Shown here piece by piece: positions 43,652-53,348 of a stretch of DNA of 64,000 nucleotides. Each line of letters opens with the position of its first letter. Within the stretch, counting starts at the first letter, position 1. Under the pieces are notes generated by a model, which saw nothing but the letters and a program-made list of their open reading frames with translations, did not search any database and was not told where the DNA came from. This DNA is from Candidatus Poribacteria bacterium (GTDB lineage Bacteria > Poribacteria > WGA-4E > WGA-3G): NCBI GenBank assembly GCA_965208635.1, contig OZ242349.1:2049769-2113768 (forward strand), given 5' to 3'. Both the position numbers and the translations under genes were made by a program.

Positions 43652-43923
43652 TATTTTTGTGCTGAAAATTTAAAGCCAATTCGATGGGCAGCTCGATACC
43701 CGATGCGTAAACTATAAATAAGAGCTTCAGGTCTCTTAGCAAGGAGACGCATAGACGGAGATAAATCGTCGGTGTCAACTTCATAATCCCCTGTTTCGAT
43801 GTCAACAGACAAAAACTTGCCTTTATGCTGTGGTTCAACCTTTTCACGTATTTGCTGTTGATATATCTCTTTGCCGCGAGCAGCAATAACTTCGGGAGTA
43901 TAATTAGGACGTGGCATAGTCAA
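43651..43923 (-). CDS. small partner protein of the retropepsin-like protease (function unknown)
   Basis: 90-aa ORF whose stop overlaps the protease start by 1 nt. Confidence 0.5.
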   Translation of the reverse strand: MTMPRPNYTPEVIAARGKEIYQQQIREKVEPQHKGKFLSVDIETGDYEVDTDDLSPSMRLLAKRPEALIYSLRIGYRAAHRIGFKFSAQK

Positions 43924-43954
43924 TTTCCTTTAGTTTTAAACCCCACCCAAGGCT

Positions 43955-45790
43955 TCAACTGACGCGCTTCACCTGCTGAATAATAGCATTTGCGCTAATG
44001 CCGTGATGTTCCAAGAGTTCCTCCGGTTTCCCAGACCTTGGCACTCCTGTAACAGCAAGTTTATGGACACAGACCCCTTTCGTTGCCACAGCCTCAAGGA
44101 CAGCATCACCCAGACCGCCCTCAGGATAATGATCTTCGACGGTGATTAAGGTATTGTTCGTCTCGGATGCCGCCTTTTGGAGTGCCTCTTTATCAATCGG
44201 CTTGACGGAATACAGATCAATAATCCTGACAGCAATCCCTTCTTTAGCGAGTATTTCGTATGCTTTCAACGCCTCGTGAAGGGCAACACCTGCGGCGACA
44301 ATGGTTACTTTATCTTCACGACTTTCCCGAATAACTTTACATCCACCGATTGGAAAACGCTCGTCAGCATCGTAGAGAATAGGGGTTTTTGGACGTGAGG
44401 TGCGGAGATAAACGATACCTTCATAAGCAGCGGCTTCCACGACAAGCCGTTCGGCGGCGACTGCATCGCTTGGATACAGCACGACTGCACCCGGAATTGC
44501 ACGGAACATCGCGATGTCTTCTAAACCCATCTGTGAGGGACCGTCTTCGCCAATTGAGACCCCACAGTGTGAACCTGCATATTTGATGTTCGCCTGTGAG
44601 ATCGCGGACATCCGAATCTGATCATAGGCACGCGATAAAAACGCCGCAAATGTCGAGACAAACGGAATCTTCCCGCGTTTTGCCAAGCCGATGCCAGCAC
44701 CGACCAAATTTTGCTCCGCGATGAACATCTCGAAATAGCGGTTCGGATGGAGCGTCATAAATTCCTCAGCGTAAGTGGAGTTTTTAGTGTCTCCATCCAA
44801 TGCAACAACATTGGGATTCACGCTGCCGAGTTTCGCAAGCCCCTCGCCGTAGCCACTACGCGTCGCGATCTCTTCGTCCGCCGGATAGTCAGGAGGTTCA
44901 CATTTAGTCACGGCAGGACGATCGGCACTCCCATTTACAGCGTTTGGCGATTTAATCTGAATCGGGACATCTAACTGTAACGGTCCAAGTTCAGCCAAAG
45001 CCTTATCAAGTTCCTCGCCTTGTTCAAGTGCCTTTCCGTGCCAGTTGTCGGCGTTCTCAAGAAACGAAATCCCTTTTCCCTTAAAAGTTTTCGCGACTAT
45101 CATCGTCGGTTTCTCGTCCGAAGCCTTCGCTTGGTCGAGGGCAGGAAGGATTTCATCAAAATCGTGCCCATCAATGCCGATGGCTTGCCAACCAAACGCT
45201 TCAAAACGCTGACAATATGTATCAACATCGAAAGCATACATCGTTCGCTGGCTCTGTCCAAGCGCGTTGACATCCACGATCCCAATCAAATTATTAAGCT
45301 TGTAGTGTGACGCCAAAGCCGCCGCCTCCCAGACCCCACCTTCGGCTGTTTCGCCATCGCCAAGCAGGACATAGACACGGTAGTCAGAATCGTCTAAGTA
45401 TTTACCGTTGAGAGCCATGCCGAGTCCAAGCGATAAACCCTGCCCAAGTGAACCCGTTGCGACCTCTGTCCATTCAAATCGAGGGGTCGGATGTCCCTCC
45501 AAGATGCTGTCAATTTGTCGCAGTGTACGTAGTTTCTCGATTGGGATAATGCCTGCTTCCGCATAAGCAGCATAAAGAAGCGGTGCCGCATGTCCCTTGG
45601 ACAAGATGAATCTATCGTTATTCGGGTTCTGAGCATCGGTCGTGTCATAACGCATGGCGTGAAAGAAAAGTGCCGAGACGATATCCGCCGCCGAAAGACA
45701 CGTGGTCGGATGCCCAGAACCTGCCTCCGATGTGGAGATAACCGAATGAATGCGTAGGTTCGTCGCTTTCTGTTTGAGAAAATCTTTCAT
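43955..45790 (-). CDS. tkt: transketolase
   Basis: SGHPTTCLSAADI, the ThDP motif GDGETAEG, and full-length similarity to transketolases. Confidence 0.9.
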   Translation of the reverse strand: MKDFLKQKATNLRIHSVISTSEAGSGHPTTCLSAADIVSALFFHAMRYDTTDAQNPNNDRFILSKGHAAPLLYAAYAEAGIIPIEKLRTLRQIDSILEGHPTPRFEWTEVATGSLGQGLSLGLGMALNGKYLDDSDYRVYVLLGDGETAEGGVWEAAALASHYKLNNLIGIVDVNALGQSQRTMYAFDVDTYCQRFEAFGWQAIGIDGHDFDEILPALDQAKASDEKPTMIVAKTFKGKGISFLENADNWHGKALEQGEELDKALAELGPLQLDVPIQIKSPNAVNGSADRPAVTKCEPPDYPADEEIATRSGYGEGLAKLGSVNPNVVALDGDTKNSTYAEEFMTLHPNRYFEMFIAEQNLVGAGIGLAKRGKIPFVSTFAAFLSRAYDQIRMSAISQANIKYAGSHCGVSIGEDGPSQMGLEDIAMFRAIPGAVVLYPSDAVAAERLVVEAAAYEGIVYLRTSRPKTPILYDADERFPIGGCKVIRESREDKVTIVAAGVALHEALKAYEILAKEGIAVRIIDLYSVKPIDKEALQKAASETNNTLITVEDHYPEGGLGDAVLEAVATKGVCVHKLAVTGVPRSGKPEELLEHHGISANAIIQQVKRVS

Positions 45791-45889
45791 GTTTTTAATT
45801 GTTGCCTCCTGGCAATCGCTCCACTGCCCATAATTAAGAAAGCAGCGCGAAGGCTAATTATCTAACGCCAGTTTGAAAATAAATCTGTA

Positions 45890-45914
45890 GGTGTTTTTGC
45901 TTGGGTGTTTCCCC
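45890..45914 (+). repeat. motif C copy
   Basis: ggtgtttttgcttgggtgtttcccc, upstream of tkt. Confidence 0.5.
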
Positions 45915-46043
45915 AGGTAGAGCGGTAAATACACCGAAAAAATCGCTGAATGTAGAGAGGTCTGACGCTTTTCAAGACCCTTTCTGTGTCAATAACGGTA
46001 GCGAAACCCAACTTGACACTTTTATCAAACTCACGTTAATTAT

Positions 46044-46751
46044 CTAAGAATCTTCTGGGTTCAACTGAGCTGTTCTCCGCTCTGCGGCTAACGAAAGATA
46101 ATGTTCTCGATGAGACTGGATGAGACTCTCAAAAGTTACAACGGCTTGCGGAATGTCTTGCAGTTTGACGTACGCTTCTGCTTGCCAGTACATCGCCTTC
46201 GCCACAATCGAATTGGAATCTGTCACGCTTCCGTCGATCTGCTGGACTTCGTTTTCTATAGCCTCTCCAAATTTTTCGATTGCACGTTGATAATCTTTGT
46301 CCTCATGGTAGGCTGTCACAGCATCTGCATAAGCGAGATTGCCTTGCTCTTGTGGTCGGAAAAACTCAACTTCCAACGAAGATACTTCCAACGGGGGGAC
46401 AACTACTTCTAAATCTTCTGCCTCCGGCAATGCCTCTACTGCTTCAGCAAGTCGTTGCTCGTATGCTTCAGTGTCAGCGTCATCTGCTTTTTCCGCACTG
46501 TCCTCTTTATCTTCTTCGTCTTCTTCATCTTCTTCATCTTCTTCGTCTTCTTCGTCTTCTTCGTCTTCTTCGACTGTCTCAACTGCTACAGCTTCACGAA
46601 ATGCCTGAGAAAGAGCAGTATCAGTATCCTCCAAATCATCTTCTAAATCAACGGAATCGTCATCTTCTTCACCCAGAAATGAATCTTGTGGTTCATCATC
46701 AAAATCGTCTGTTTCGTCAAAGTCATCTGTTTCGTCATAACTAAATTTCAT
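46044..46751 (-). CDS. highly acidic low-complexity protein with C-terminal TPR-like (YbgF/BamD-like) helical region
   Basis: The N-terminal 110 aa are D/E-rich and include (EED)n. The C-terminal part reads YQRAIEKFGEAI...AMYWQAEAYVKLQD. Confidence 0.55.
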   Translation of the reverse strand: MKFSYDETDDFDETDDFDDEPQDSFLGEEDDDSVDLEDDLEDTDTALSQAFREAVAVETVEEDEEDEEDEEDEEDEEDEEDKEDSAEKADDADTEAYEQRLAEAVEALPEAEDLEVVVPPLEVSSLEVEFFRPQEQGNLAYADAVTAYHEDKDYQRAIEKFGEAIENEVQQIDGSVTDSNSIVAKAMYWQAEAYVKLQDIPQAVVTFESLIQSHREHYLSLAAERRTAQLNPEDS

Positions 46752-46854
46752 TGATTCCTCCGCATTTCTGTTTCTTATGAATATGCTTCGTAGTGAGAAC
46801 GGCAGCCAGCAAGAAAATCGCTTTACTGACTGCCGAGAGTGGAAGCCACTCCGC

Positions 46855-47679
46855 TTAGTACTTGATTTTCACCTCTGCCCAAGTGGTCGCCATCTTGTCA
46901 GCAGGATCAACCCCTAAGGCTGCATGCATACCGTCCAACATCGTTTCAATGTCGGCTTGCTCCAAAGCGACATCGAAGATTACAACCTCGTCAATAGTCG
47001 CTGCACCAAAGCGTGCGCCACCGCAGCAGTCATCAAATCCGATATTGACGGGACCGCTATCGGCATCAAGAGGATTTTTGGCGATATCCATTGTGCTCGC
47101 CTCTTCTGCATCAATATAGATGGCCCACTTACCGGTCTTACTATCAAAAGTAGTCGTGTACATGTGCCACTTAGTAATATCTTTGGTACCAACATTACCG
47201 TCATTCCAACCGCCAGGTTTATTCCAGCAGCCTCCGTTGCAGATGGGCCAAGCAATATTTTTCGTTCCTTGGTTGGGATGGATGATATAAGCGTTCCGTT
47301 TTTCAACCATCCAGCCGTGTTGGTTCCAAGTATCACCTGCGCTCTTCGCCCAAGCTGAGACCGTGATTGCTTTCGTTGGGTTATCATGCTCGGCGATCCG
47401 AACGAAAGCACCTTTCCCATCAAACTCAAGTGCTTGCCCAAACTGCCCCTTAACCCATTTCGGTTTACCTTCAAACTCACCGTCCAGTCCACCGCCGGTC
47501 TCGTCGGTAGCGACATTTCCTTTGCCTTCATCAAAAAGCCACATCCCCATAATAGTATCAGGGTCGATTTCGGCAGGGGCGGTGGAGACACACAATACAC
47601 CCACTCCAAAAAGACTGAAACACACGAGGACGAAGCTCACAAGCAAAAACTTGCTGCCAGAAATAATACTGAAATTCAT
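46855..47679 (-). CDS. secreted LamG-domain (concanavalin-A-like lectin) protein
   Basis: Signal/TM segment and the typical LamG C-terminus IDEVVIFDVALEQADIETML. Confidence 0.7.
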   Translation of the reverse strand: MNFSIISGSKFLLVSFVLVCFSLFGVGVLCVSTAPAEIDPDTIMGMWLFDEGKGNVATDETGGGLDGEFEGKPKWVKGQFGQALEFDGKGAFVRIAEHDNPTKAITVSAWAKSAGDTWNQHGWMVEKRNAYIIHPNQGTKNIAWPICNGGCWNKPGGWNDGNVGTKDITKWHMYTTTFDSKTGKWAIYIDAEEASTMDIAKNPLDADSGPVNIGFDDCCGGARFGAATIDEVVIFDVALEQADIETMLDGMHAALGVDPADKMATTWAEVKIKY

Positions 47680-48016
47680 TTTTACCTCCTGCTCAATACT
47701 ACGAATTCAAGGACTTTATATACAGAACCGTACGACTTATACGGACACCACAACTGTGCATAAGCATAAATCGCTGCTAAAACATCACATACATTTATCG
47801 TATCAAATTCACAGGCGCATGTCAAGGAAAAATTGAATTTCAAGGCGACTTTAATTTCTCTAAAAAGGTTCTACGCACGATTGATGTCACCATGGGTCAG
47901 TTCTTCTCTCATACGAAAATTATGAACTCAATCTAAGCGGTGGACTCATGCGGCAGGCACTGATCCGAAGAGGTCATGTCAGTTCATTGACGCGAGGAAC
48001 TACATTAAAAAAACCG

Positions 48017-48045
48017 TTGACACGAAAGGAATCTTCATCTATAAT
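48017..48045 (+). promoter_or_regulatory. consensus sigma70 promoter (TTGACA-17 nt-TATAAT)
   Basis: TTGACA at 48017..48022, a 17-nt spacer, then TATAAT at 48040..48045, 40 nt upstream of ATG 48085. Confidence 0.55.
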
Positions 48046-48084
48046 GTTTTTATACATCCATCTCAATGTGAAGCGTAGGAAAGT

Positions 48085-49173
48085 ATGAAGGGAATAGGAT
48101 TCATTTTTTTACTCTTGGTCTTTGGTATTCCGCCCGTCTCTGGGCAGATCTCAAATAACACCCTGCAAGCTTTAGACTCGCAACAACCCCATTTTAAACA
48201 TGGAAAACCAGCGAGAAGTGTTCTTATTGCACAAGCCGTAACAGCACAGAATTTGGAAGCGGAAACCTCTGAGGTATCTACAAAGCAAAGTGATGTTGTC
48301 GATTCGGAGAACGGGGAAGAAACCACCGGAGACGGACTCGCTCAGTCGGAAAAGACACGGCGGATATTCAAGATTATTAACGACTATCAGTTAGCAGAGG
48401 ATGAGGTGCTAACAACACTCGTTATCATTGCGGCAGACGCAAAATTACAAGGGCGCGTAGCCGGCAACGCATTGGTCATCGGCGGAGACGTTCAACTGTC
48501 GCCAGAGGCGCAAGTGAACGGAACGCTTCACATCATCGGCGGACAGATTGCGGGGAATACACAAGGCGTAACCAACCTTCAAGTAAGCAACGACTGGCAA
48601 ATGGTACCCGCTGCGGTACATCTTGTAATGTCTCCACACGCTTTCTGGGGGTCTTTCACGAATCTTCGCCTAACACTCGTCAAGTTTGGCATCTCCCTTT
48701 TGATGTATCTGTTGATAGCAGCCGTGCTTTCAAAGCCGATAAACGAGGTAAGTGCCCTTTTCGCGAGGAGACCTATCGGTAGTATACTCTTTGGCATCCT
48801 GATGTTAATCATGATACCGCTTCTCCTTACGCTGCTGACCTTGTCAATCATCGGTGTGCCGTTCATGCTATTGATCCTTTCGCTCTTGGTTCCCTTGGCA
48901 ATCTGTGGTAAGGCAGCGATCTTCCTGACACTCGGTAGTACCCTCTTTTCAGGACGATGGAGACCGCTCGCAGTTATATTTGGGTATATCCTCTATTTCA
49001 TGGCAACATCCCTGCCGTATATTGACTGGGTGGCGTTCCTCCTTGTTAACAACATTGCTATTGGACTCTGCTTGCTAAGCAGCATCAGTATGATACGTTC
49101 GCAAGAACCGCGTAGAAACATCACCCCCTTCCCTGTAACGGGTGGGGACCCCGGTCAGAAAGGATATAGTTAG
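48085..49173 (+). CDS. membrane protein with N-terminal signal, bactofilin-like beta-helical segment and C-terminal multi-TM region
   Basis: GRVAGNALVIGGDVQLSPEAQVNGTLHIIGGQIAGN resembles polymer-forming/bactofilin repeats. About 5 TM helices lie at the C-terminus. Confidence 0.4.
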   Translation: MKGIGFIFLLLVFGIPPVSGQISNNTLQALDSQQPHFKHGKPARSVLIAQAVTAQNLEAETSEVSTKQSDVVDSENGEETTGDGLAQSEKTRRIFKIINDYQLAEDEVLTTLVIIAADAKLQGRVAGNALVIGGDVQLSPEAQVNGTLHIIGGQIAGNTQGVTNLQVSNDWQMVPAAVHLVMSPHAFWGSFTNLRLTLVKFGISLLMYLLIAAVLSKPINEVSALFARRPIGSILFGILMLIMIPLLLTLLTLSIIGVPFMLLILSLLVPLAICGKAAIFLTLGSTLFSGRWRPLAVIFGYILYFMATSLPYIDWVAFLLVNNIAIGLCLLSSISMIRSQEPRRNITPFPVTGGDPGQKGYS

Positions 49174-49174
49174 C

Positions 49175-50194
49175 ATGCAGTTAGCGTCCCCTCTCTTCCT
49201 TAGTTTGTTCATCGTAGTCCCACTACTGATAATCGCTTTGCGGTGGCTCCGTGGACAGACAAGTGTTCCGGTCGTGCGTTTCTCTGACTTCAAACACGGA
49301 TTCGCCGCGGGTATTCAGCAGATGCAGGATACACTTTCGGTAAAAGCACTGCCGATACTCAGAATAACCCGATTTACTGTTCTTGCGCTCCTCATTGTCA
49401 CCCTTGCCCGTCCGCAACTCTCCCAAAGCCGTGAACATAAATTCACCGAAGGCATTGATATTCTCTTAGTACTCGACATCTCGGAAAGCATGCGGGCAGA
49501 GGATTTTGAAGGGTCTAATCGCATCCAAACCGCTAAATCAGTCGTTAACGCCATGCTTGAAAAAAGACTGACGCACCGCCAAAATGATCGCATCGGTTTA
49601 GTTGTTTTTGCCGGTGAAAGTTTTACGCTCTGTCCTCTAACGTCGGATTATTCGGTGTTAGTCGAATTGCTCCGCGATATAGAGATCGGGCAGTTGGAGG
49701 ATGGCACGGCTATCGGCGATGCGCTTGCAACTGCTACCCATCGGTTACGCACCTCGGAATCGAAAACGAAGATTGTTATTCTCTTAACCGACGGTGAAAA
49801 TAACGCCGGTAGCATTGAACCCGGAACTGCGGCTTCCTTTGCACAATCCTTCGAGATTAAGGTCTACACTATCGGTATGGGAAAAGAAGGCGGTGCACGC
49901 ATTCCTTACGCCGATACAACCTTTGGCAAACGCTATCGCGAGGTTCTAACCTACCTCGACGAAGATACCCTAAAACAGATTGCCAACATAACAGGAGGTC
50001 GCTATTTTCGCGCCACAGACACGCAATCCCTGAAACAAATCTACGCAGAAATTGATCGTTTTGAAAAGACGGAATTTGAGACCATCAACGTCGTTGCCCA
50101 CAAGGAGTTGATGGCATACTTCCTCATACCCGCAGTGCTCCTACTGGGAACCGAGATCTTATTGAGCAATACGGTGTTACGGAAAATCCCTTAG
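49175..50194 (+). CDS. batA: VWA-domain protein, BatA-like (aerotolerance-operon type) with N-terminal double TM
   Basis: MQLASPLFLSLFIVVPLL..., the MIDAS motif VLDISESM, LLTDGENNAG, and a C-terminal TM. ATG 49175 lies 1 nt after the upstream stop. Confidence 0.75.
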   Translation: MQLASPLFLSLFIVVPLLIIALRWLRGQTSVPVVRFSDFKHGFAAGIQQMQDTLSVKALPILRITRFTVLALLIVTLARPQLSQSREHKFTEGIDILLVLDISESMRAEDFEGSNRIQTAKSVVNAMLEKRLTHRQNDRIGLVVFAGESFTLCPLTSDYSVLVELLRDIEIGQLEDGTAIGDALATATHRLRTSESKTKIVILLTDGENNAGSIEPGTAASFAQSFEIKVYTIGMGKEGGARIPYADTTFGKRYREVLTYLDEDTLKQIANITGGRYFRATDTQSLKQIYAEIDRFEKTEFETINVVAHKELMAYFLIPAVLLLGTEILLSNTVLRKIP

Positions 50195-50249
50195 AAGGAT
50201 TATTGGTTAACGGTAAAAGTTTTCGTTAAAAAGAATAACAGTGATGTAA

Positions 50250-50335
50250 GCCTGCAACAACGGCGCAGGCGGATATACGGATAGAAACATTACTTAACCA
50301 ATTCAACTGAACGAACCGCAAGGAAAATTTAAAAA
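50250..50335 (+). repeat. family A repeat, first unit of a tandem pair
   Basis: gcctgcaacaacggcgcaggcggatatacggatagaaacattacttaaccaattcaactgaacgaaccgcaaggaaaatttaaaaa. Confidence 0.8.
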
Positions 50336-50420
50336 CCTGCAACAACGGCGCAGGCGGGTATACGGATAGAAACATTACTTAACCAATTCAACTGAACGAA
50401 CCGCAAGGTAAAATTAAAAA
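50336..50420 (+). repeat. family A repeat, second unit, ending exactly at ATG 50421
   Basis: Nearly identical to 50250..50335 and followed directly by the isomerase start codon. Confidence 0.8.
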
Positions 50421-51182
50421 ATGGAAAATATTATTGCTTGTAATTTGGGAAGCTACCGACAGTTTCATGCTGGAGCGTATGCCCACTTAGCGGAAATCGG
50501 TTTGACGAACGTGGAAATCGGTGTGCCTGCACCTGAATCTGTCGATTCCCTTCGTGCGGAATTGAACGCACACGGACTCACTGCTACCAGTCTGCTCGGC
50601 AGTTGTGATGTCCAGTCCGAAACGGTCGTATCAGATTTCCAGACGACACTGGACACTGCCGACAAGATGGGTGTAAAGGTCATTTTTGCGAGTGTGCACG
50701 CGGGGGACACCGACCTGAACGCCGTCTATGATCGACTTCGCGCCATCGGCGAAAATGCGGCACCCGCAGGTATCAAAGTATGTCTGGAAACACACCCAGA
50801 CATGGCACATAACGGCGATATCGCACTTAAAACGATGCAAGCCGTGAATCATCCGAATATATGCATCAACTTCGACACCGGCAACGTTTACTATTATAAT
50901 CACAATGTGACGGCTGTTACGGAAATTCAGAAGGTCCTCGGACATGTCGGTGCTGTCCATTTGAAGGATACAAACGGCGGCTATCGAACATGGAATTTCC
51001 CGGCACTCGGTGAGGGTGTGGTCGATTTTAAAGCAGTATTTCAGACCGTGAACGATGCGGGTTTTTACGGTCCCTTCACAATGGAATTGGAAGGCATCGA
51101 GGGCGAAAACCTTGATGAAGTAGGTGCCAAGGCACGGGTCGCAGATTCGCTGCAACACCTAAAAAATATTGGTGTTTTGTAG
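50421..51182 (+). CDS. sugar phosphate isomerase/epimerase (xylose-isomerase-like TIM barrel)
   Basis: Length and motifs (VCLETHP, INFDTGN, HLKD) are typical of the AP endonuclease 2/xylose isomerase-like family. Confidence 0.7.
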   Translation: MENIIACNLGSYRQFHAGAYAHLAEIGLTNVEIGVPAPESVDSLRAELNAHGLTATSLLGSCDVQSETVVSDFQTTLDTADKMGVKVIFASVHAGDTDLNAVYDRLRAIGENAAPAGIKVCLETHPDMAHNGDIALKTMQAVNHPNICINFDTGNVYYYNHNVTAVTEIQKVLGHVGAVHLKDTNGGYRTWNFPALGEGVVDFKAVFQTVNDAGFYGPFTMELEGIEGENLDEVGAKARVADSLQHLKNIGVL

Positions 51183-51271
51183 CGTAAACTTTCAGTTTGC
51201 GCACGGATACGCACAATCTAAAAGATTATGCTACAAACTGGCAACTTGCGTTAGCATAGGAGTATCAGAAC

Positions 51272-51649
51272 ATGGATACGAATCTTTGTGTTATTCGACT
51301 CAGTGAAGGGGAACGCATCGGCGATGTGCTGGGAAAAGTCTTGGGGACCCCAGACATGACAACGATTGGGGCTTTCGCTGTCTCAAAGGAAAACCCCACC
51401 GAACTTCACTTTCACGATTTCGACGAGTACTGGTATTTCACGGAAGGCATGACGACTGTGACGCTCCGAACTCCCGATGGACAGTCCGAGTTCTACCGCA
51501 TCGGTCCTGGAGATCTGGTCGTCACTCCCAAAGGGGTCGAGCATGGACACACCCCAGACGATGTTGTTAAAGGGGTACAGTGGGTGAGCGTAATCCCCTC
51601 TGATGCCCGCCGTGGACATTTGCACCGCGATTTTCCAGAGGAGAATTAA
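51272..51649 (+). CDS. cupin domain protein
   Basis: HFHDFDEYWYFTEG ... GVEHGH, the cupin two-motif pattern. Confidence 0.65.
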   Translation: MDTNLCVIRLSEGERIGDVLGKVLGTPDMTTIGAFAVSKENPTELHFHDFDEYWYFTEGMTTVTLRTPDGQSEFYRIGPGDLVVTPKGVEHGHTPDDVVKGVQWVSVIPSDARRGHLHRDFPEEN

Positions 51650-51651
51650 TC

Positions 51652-52554
51652 ATGTCAACAAATCAAAACGTTTTACCGCGCAGACGTTTAGGGAGGACAG
51701 AATTAGAGGTTACATGCCTCGGTATGGGAGGCGCAGGTGTCGGTAGAGGTGATGTTACCGATGATGAAGCAATTGAAGCGGTACACCGAGCCATCGACTT
51801 AGGGATAAACTACCTTGACACCGCACCACTCTACGGTGAGAGTGAAAGACGGGTGGGACTCGCACTCGCCGACGGCTGGCGTGAGAAAATTTATCTCGCC
51901 ACGAAGATAGGAACGCACCCCGAATGGCGCGGCGATTTTAGTGCTTCGGGGACCCGCCGAAGTGTCGAAAATAGTATGCGTCTACTCGGCACCGATTGTC
52001 TCGATGTCTGCTTAGTGCACGATCCAGACAGCATGGATCCCGTCGTGGCAAAAGACGGGGCATTCGACGAACTCCAACGGATGCGCGAGGAGGGATTGCT
52101 TAAGTTTATCGGACTCGGGATTCGACAGCACGAATTTCACAAAATCGCCATCGAAACAGGTGTCGTCGACGTGATTTTAACATATTTGGATTACACGCTC
52201 CTGAGTCAAACCGCAAACGATTGGCTGTTACCGCTTGCCGCTGAAAATGACATCGGGATTATCAACGGAAGTCCCATCGCAATGGGATTGCTTTCAGGGA
52301 TTGAACCGGATATATCCGTCGAAAGGATGCACTTAGACACATCCGATGCTGAAAAGGCACATCGACTCTATCAGTGGGCAACCGACAATAATCTGAATGT
52401 CCTGAATCTTGCCATTCAATTCTGTTTTCGTCAACCTCGCATCGCTATGAGTCTAACGGGTTCTAAGAATGCGGCAGAAGTAGAGCAGAATTTCGCCGCC
52501 GCCACGACCCCGGTCCCCGACGATGTATGGGAACAACTACAAGCACTGTTATAG
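51652..52554 (+). CDS. aldo/keto reductase
   Basis: LGMGGAG, INYLDTAPLYGESE, CLVHDPD. Confidence 0.8.
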   Translation: MSTNQNVLPRRRLGRTELEVTCLGMGGAGVGRGDVTDDEAIEAVHRAIDLGINYLDTAPLYGESERRVGLALADGWREKIYLATKIGTHPEWRGDFSASGTRRSVENSMRLLGTDCLDVCLVHDPDSMDPVVAKDGAFDELQRMREEGLLKFIGLGIRQHEFHKIAIETGVVDVILTYLDYTLLSQTANDWLLPLAAENDIGIINGSPIAMGLLSGIEPDISVERMHLDTSDAEKAHRLYQWATDNNLNVLNLAIQFCFRQPRIAMSLTGSKNAAEVEQNFAAATTPVPDDVWEQLQALL

Positions 52555-52598
52555 GAAACCAGATCAAAACTCGATAGTAGGGAGGTTCATTAACACTG

Positions 52599-53348
52599 AT
52601 GAGATTTCAGGGAAGGGTCGCATTGGTAACCGGCGCAAGCCGTGGGATCGGAAAGGCAACCGCAATCAAACTTGCCAGTGAAGGTGCGACTGTCGCTGTC
52701 CACTATTCTCGCGCCGTTGAGAAAGCCGAAACCGTCTGTGATCAGATTCGTGCTTTAGGACAAAAAGCAATCCCTGTCCAAGCCGATATCGCAGATAGAA
52801 ACGCTGTGAACAGTATGGTCACGACGGTGACAGAAGAACTTGGGACAATCGAATTGCTTATAAATAACGCCGGGGATGTCGGCGATATGGTGTTTGACGA
52901 ACTCGCGCCCGAACACTGGGACCGGATTATCGCGATCAACCTAACAGGTCCCTTCAATGTGTTATGGGCAATCAAACCCGGGATGGTTGCACAACAGTTT
53001 GGACGTATTGTTAACGTGTCATCCATCGCGGCGTTGGCAGTCCGTCCGAACCAGTTACCCTACGCCGCAGCGAAAGCCGGTGTCATTGCGCTGACGAAAT
53101 CGTGCTGTGGACCGCTTGCACCGCACAACATCCGTATCAATTCGGTTGCACCCGGGGCAATTGCGACAGATATGTTAGGTGAAGTCTCAGCAGAGATGGT
53201 GGAACAACTTCGGTCTACGACACCCCTCGGCAGGCTCGGCGAACCGGAAGAGATGGCAGATGTGATAGCGTTCCTTTTAAGCGAGGAATCGAGTTTTATG
53301 ACGGGTTCTACGGTAATTGCCAGTGGGGGCAGGATTCTCATTCCGTAA
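52599..53348 (+). CDS. SDR family oxidoreductase (FabG-like)
   Basis: TGASRGIGKA, NNAG, and YAAAKAG (YxxxK). Confidence 0.85.
   Translation: MRFQGRVALVTGASRGIGKATAIKLASEGATVAVHYSRAVEKAETVCDQIRALGQKAIPVQADIADRNAVNSMVTTVTEELGTIELLINNAGDVGDMVFDELAPEHWDRIIAINLTGPFNVLWAIKPGMVAQQFGRIVNVSSIAALAVRPNQLPYAAAKAGVIALTKSCCGPLAPHNIRINSVAPGAIATDMLGEVSAEMVEQLRSTTPLGRLGEPEEMADVIAFLLSEESSFMTGSTVIASGGRILIP

Noticed and set aside
51185-51255. Apparent inverted repeat (gtagcgtaaactttcagtttgcg / ctacaaactggcaacttgcgttagc) upstream of the cupin gene as an operator.
   Set aside because: On explicit pairing, only about 7 contiguous bases (cagtttg) match and the rest is mismatched. That is too weak to report.
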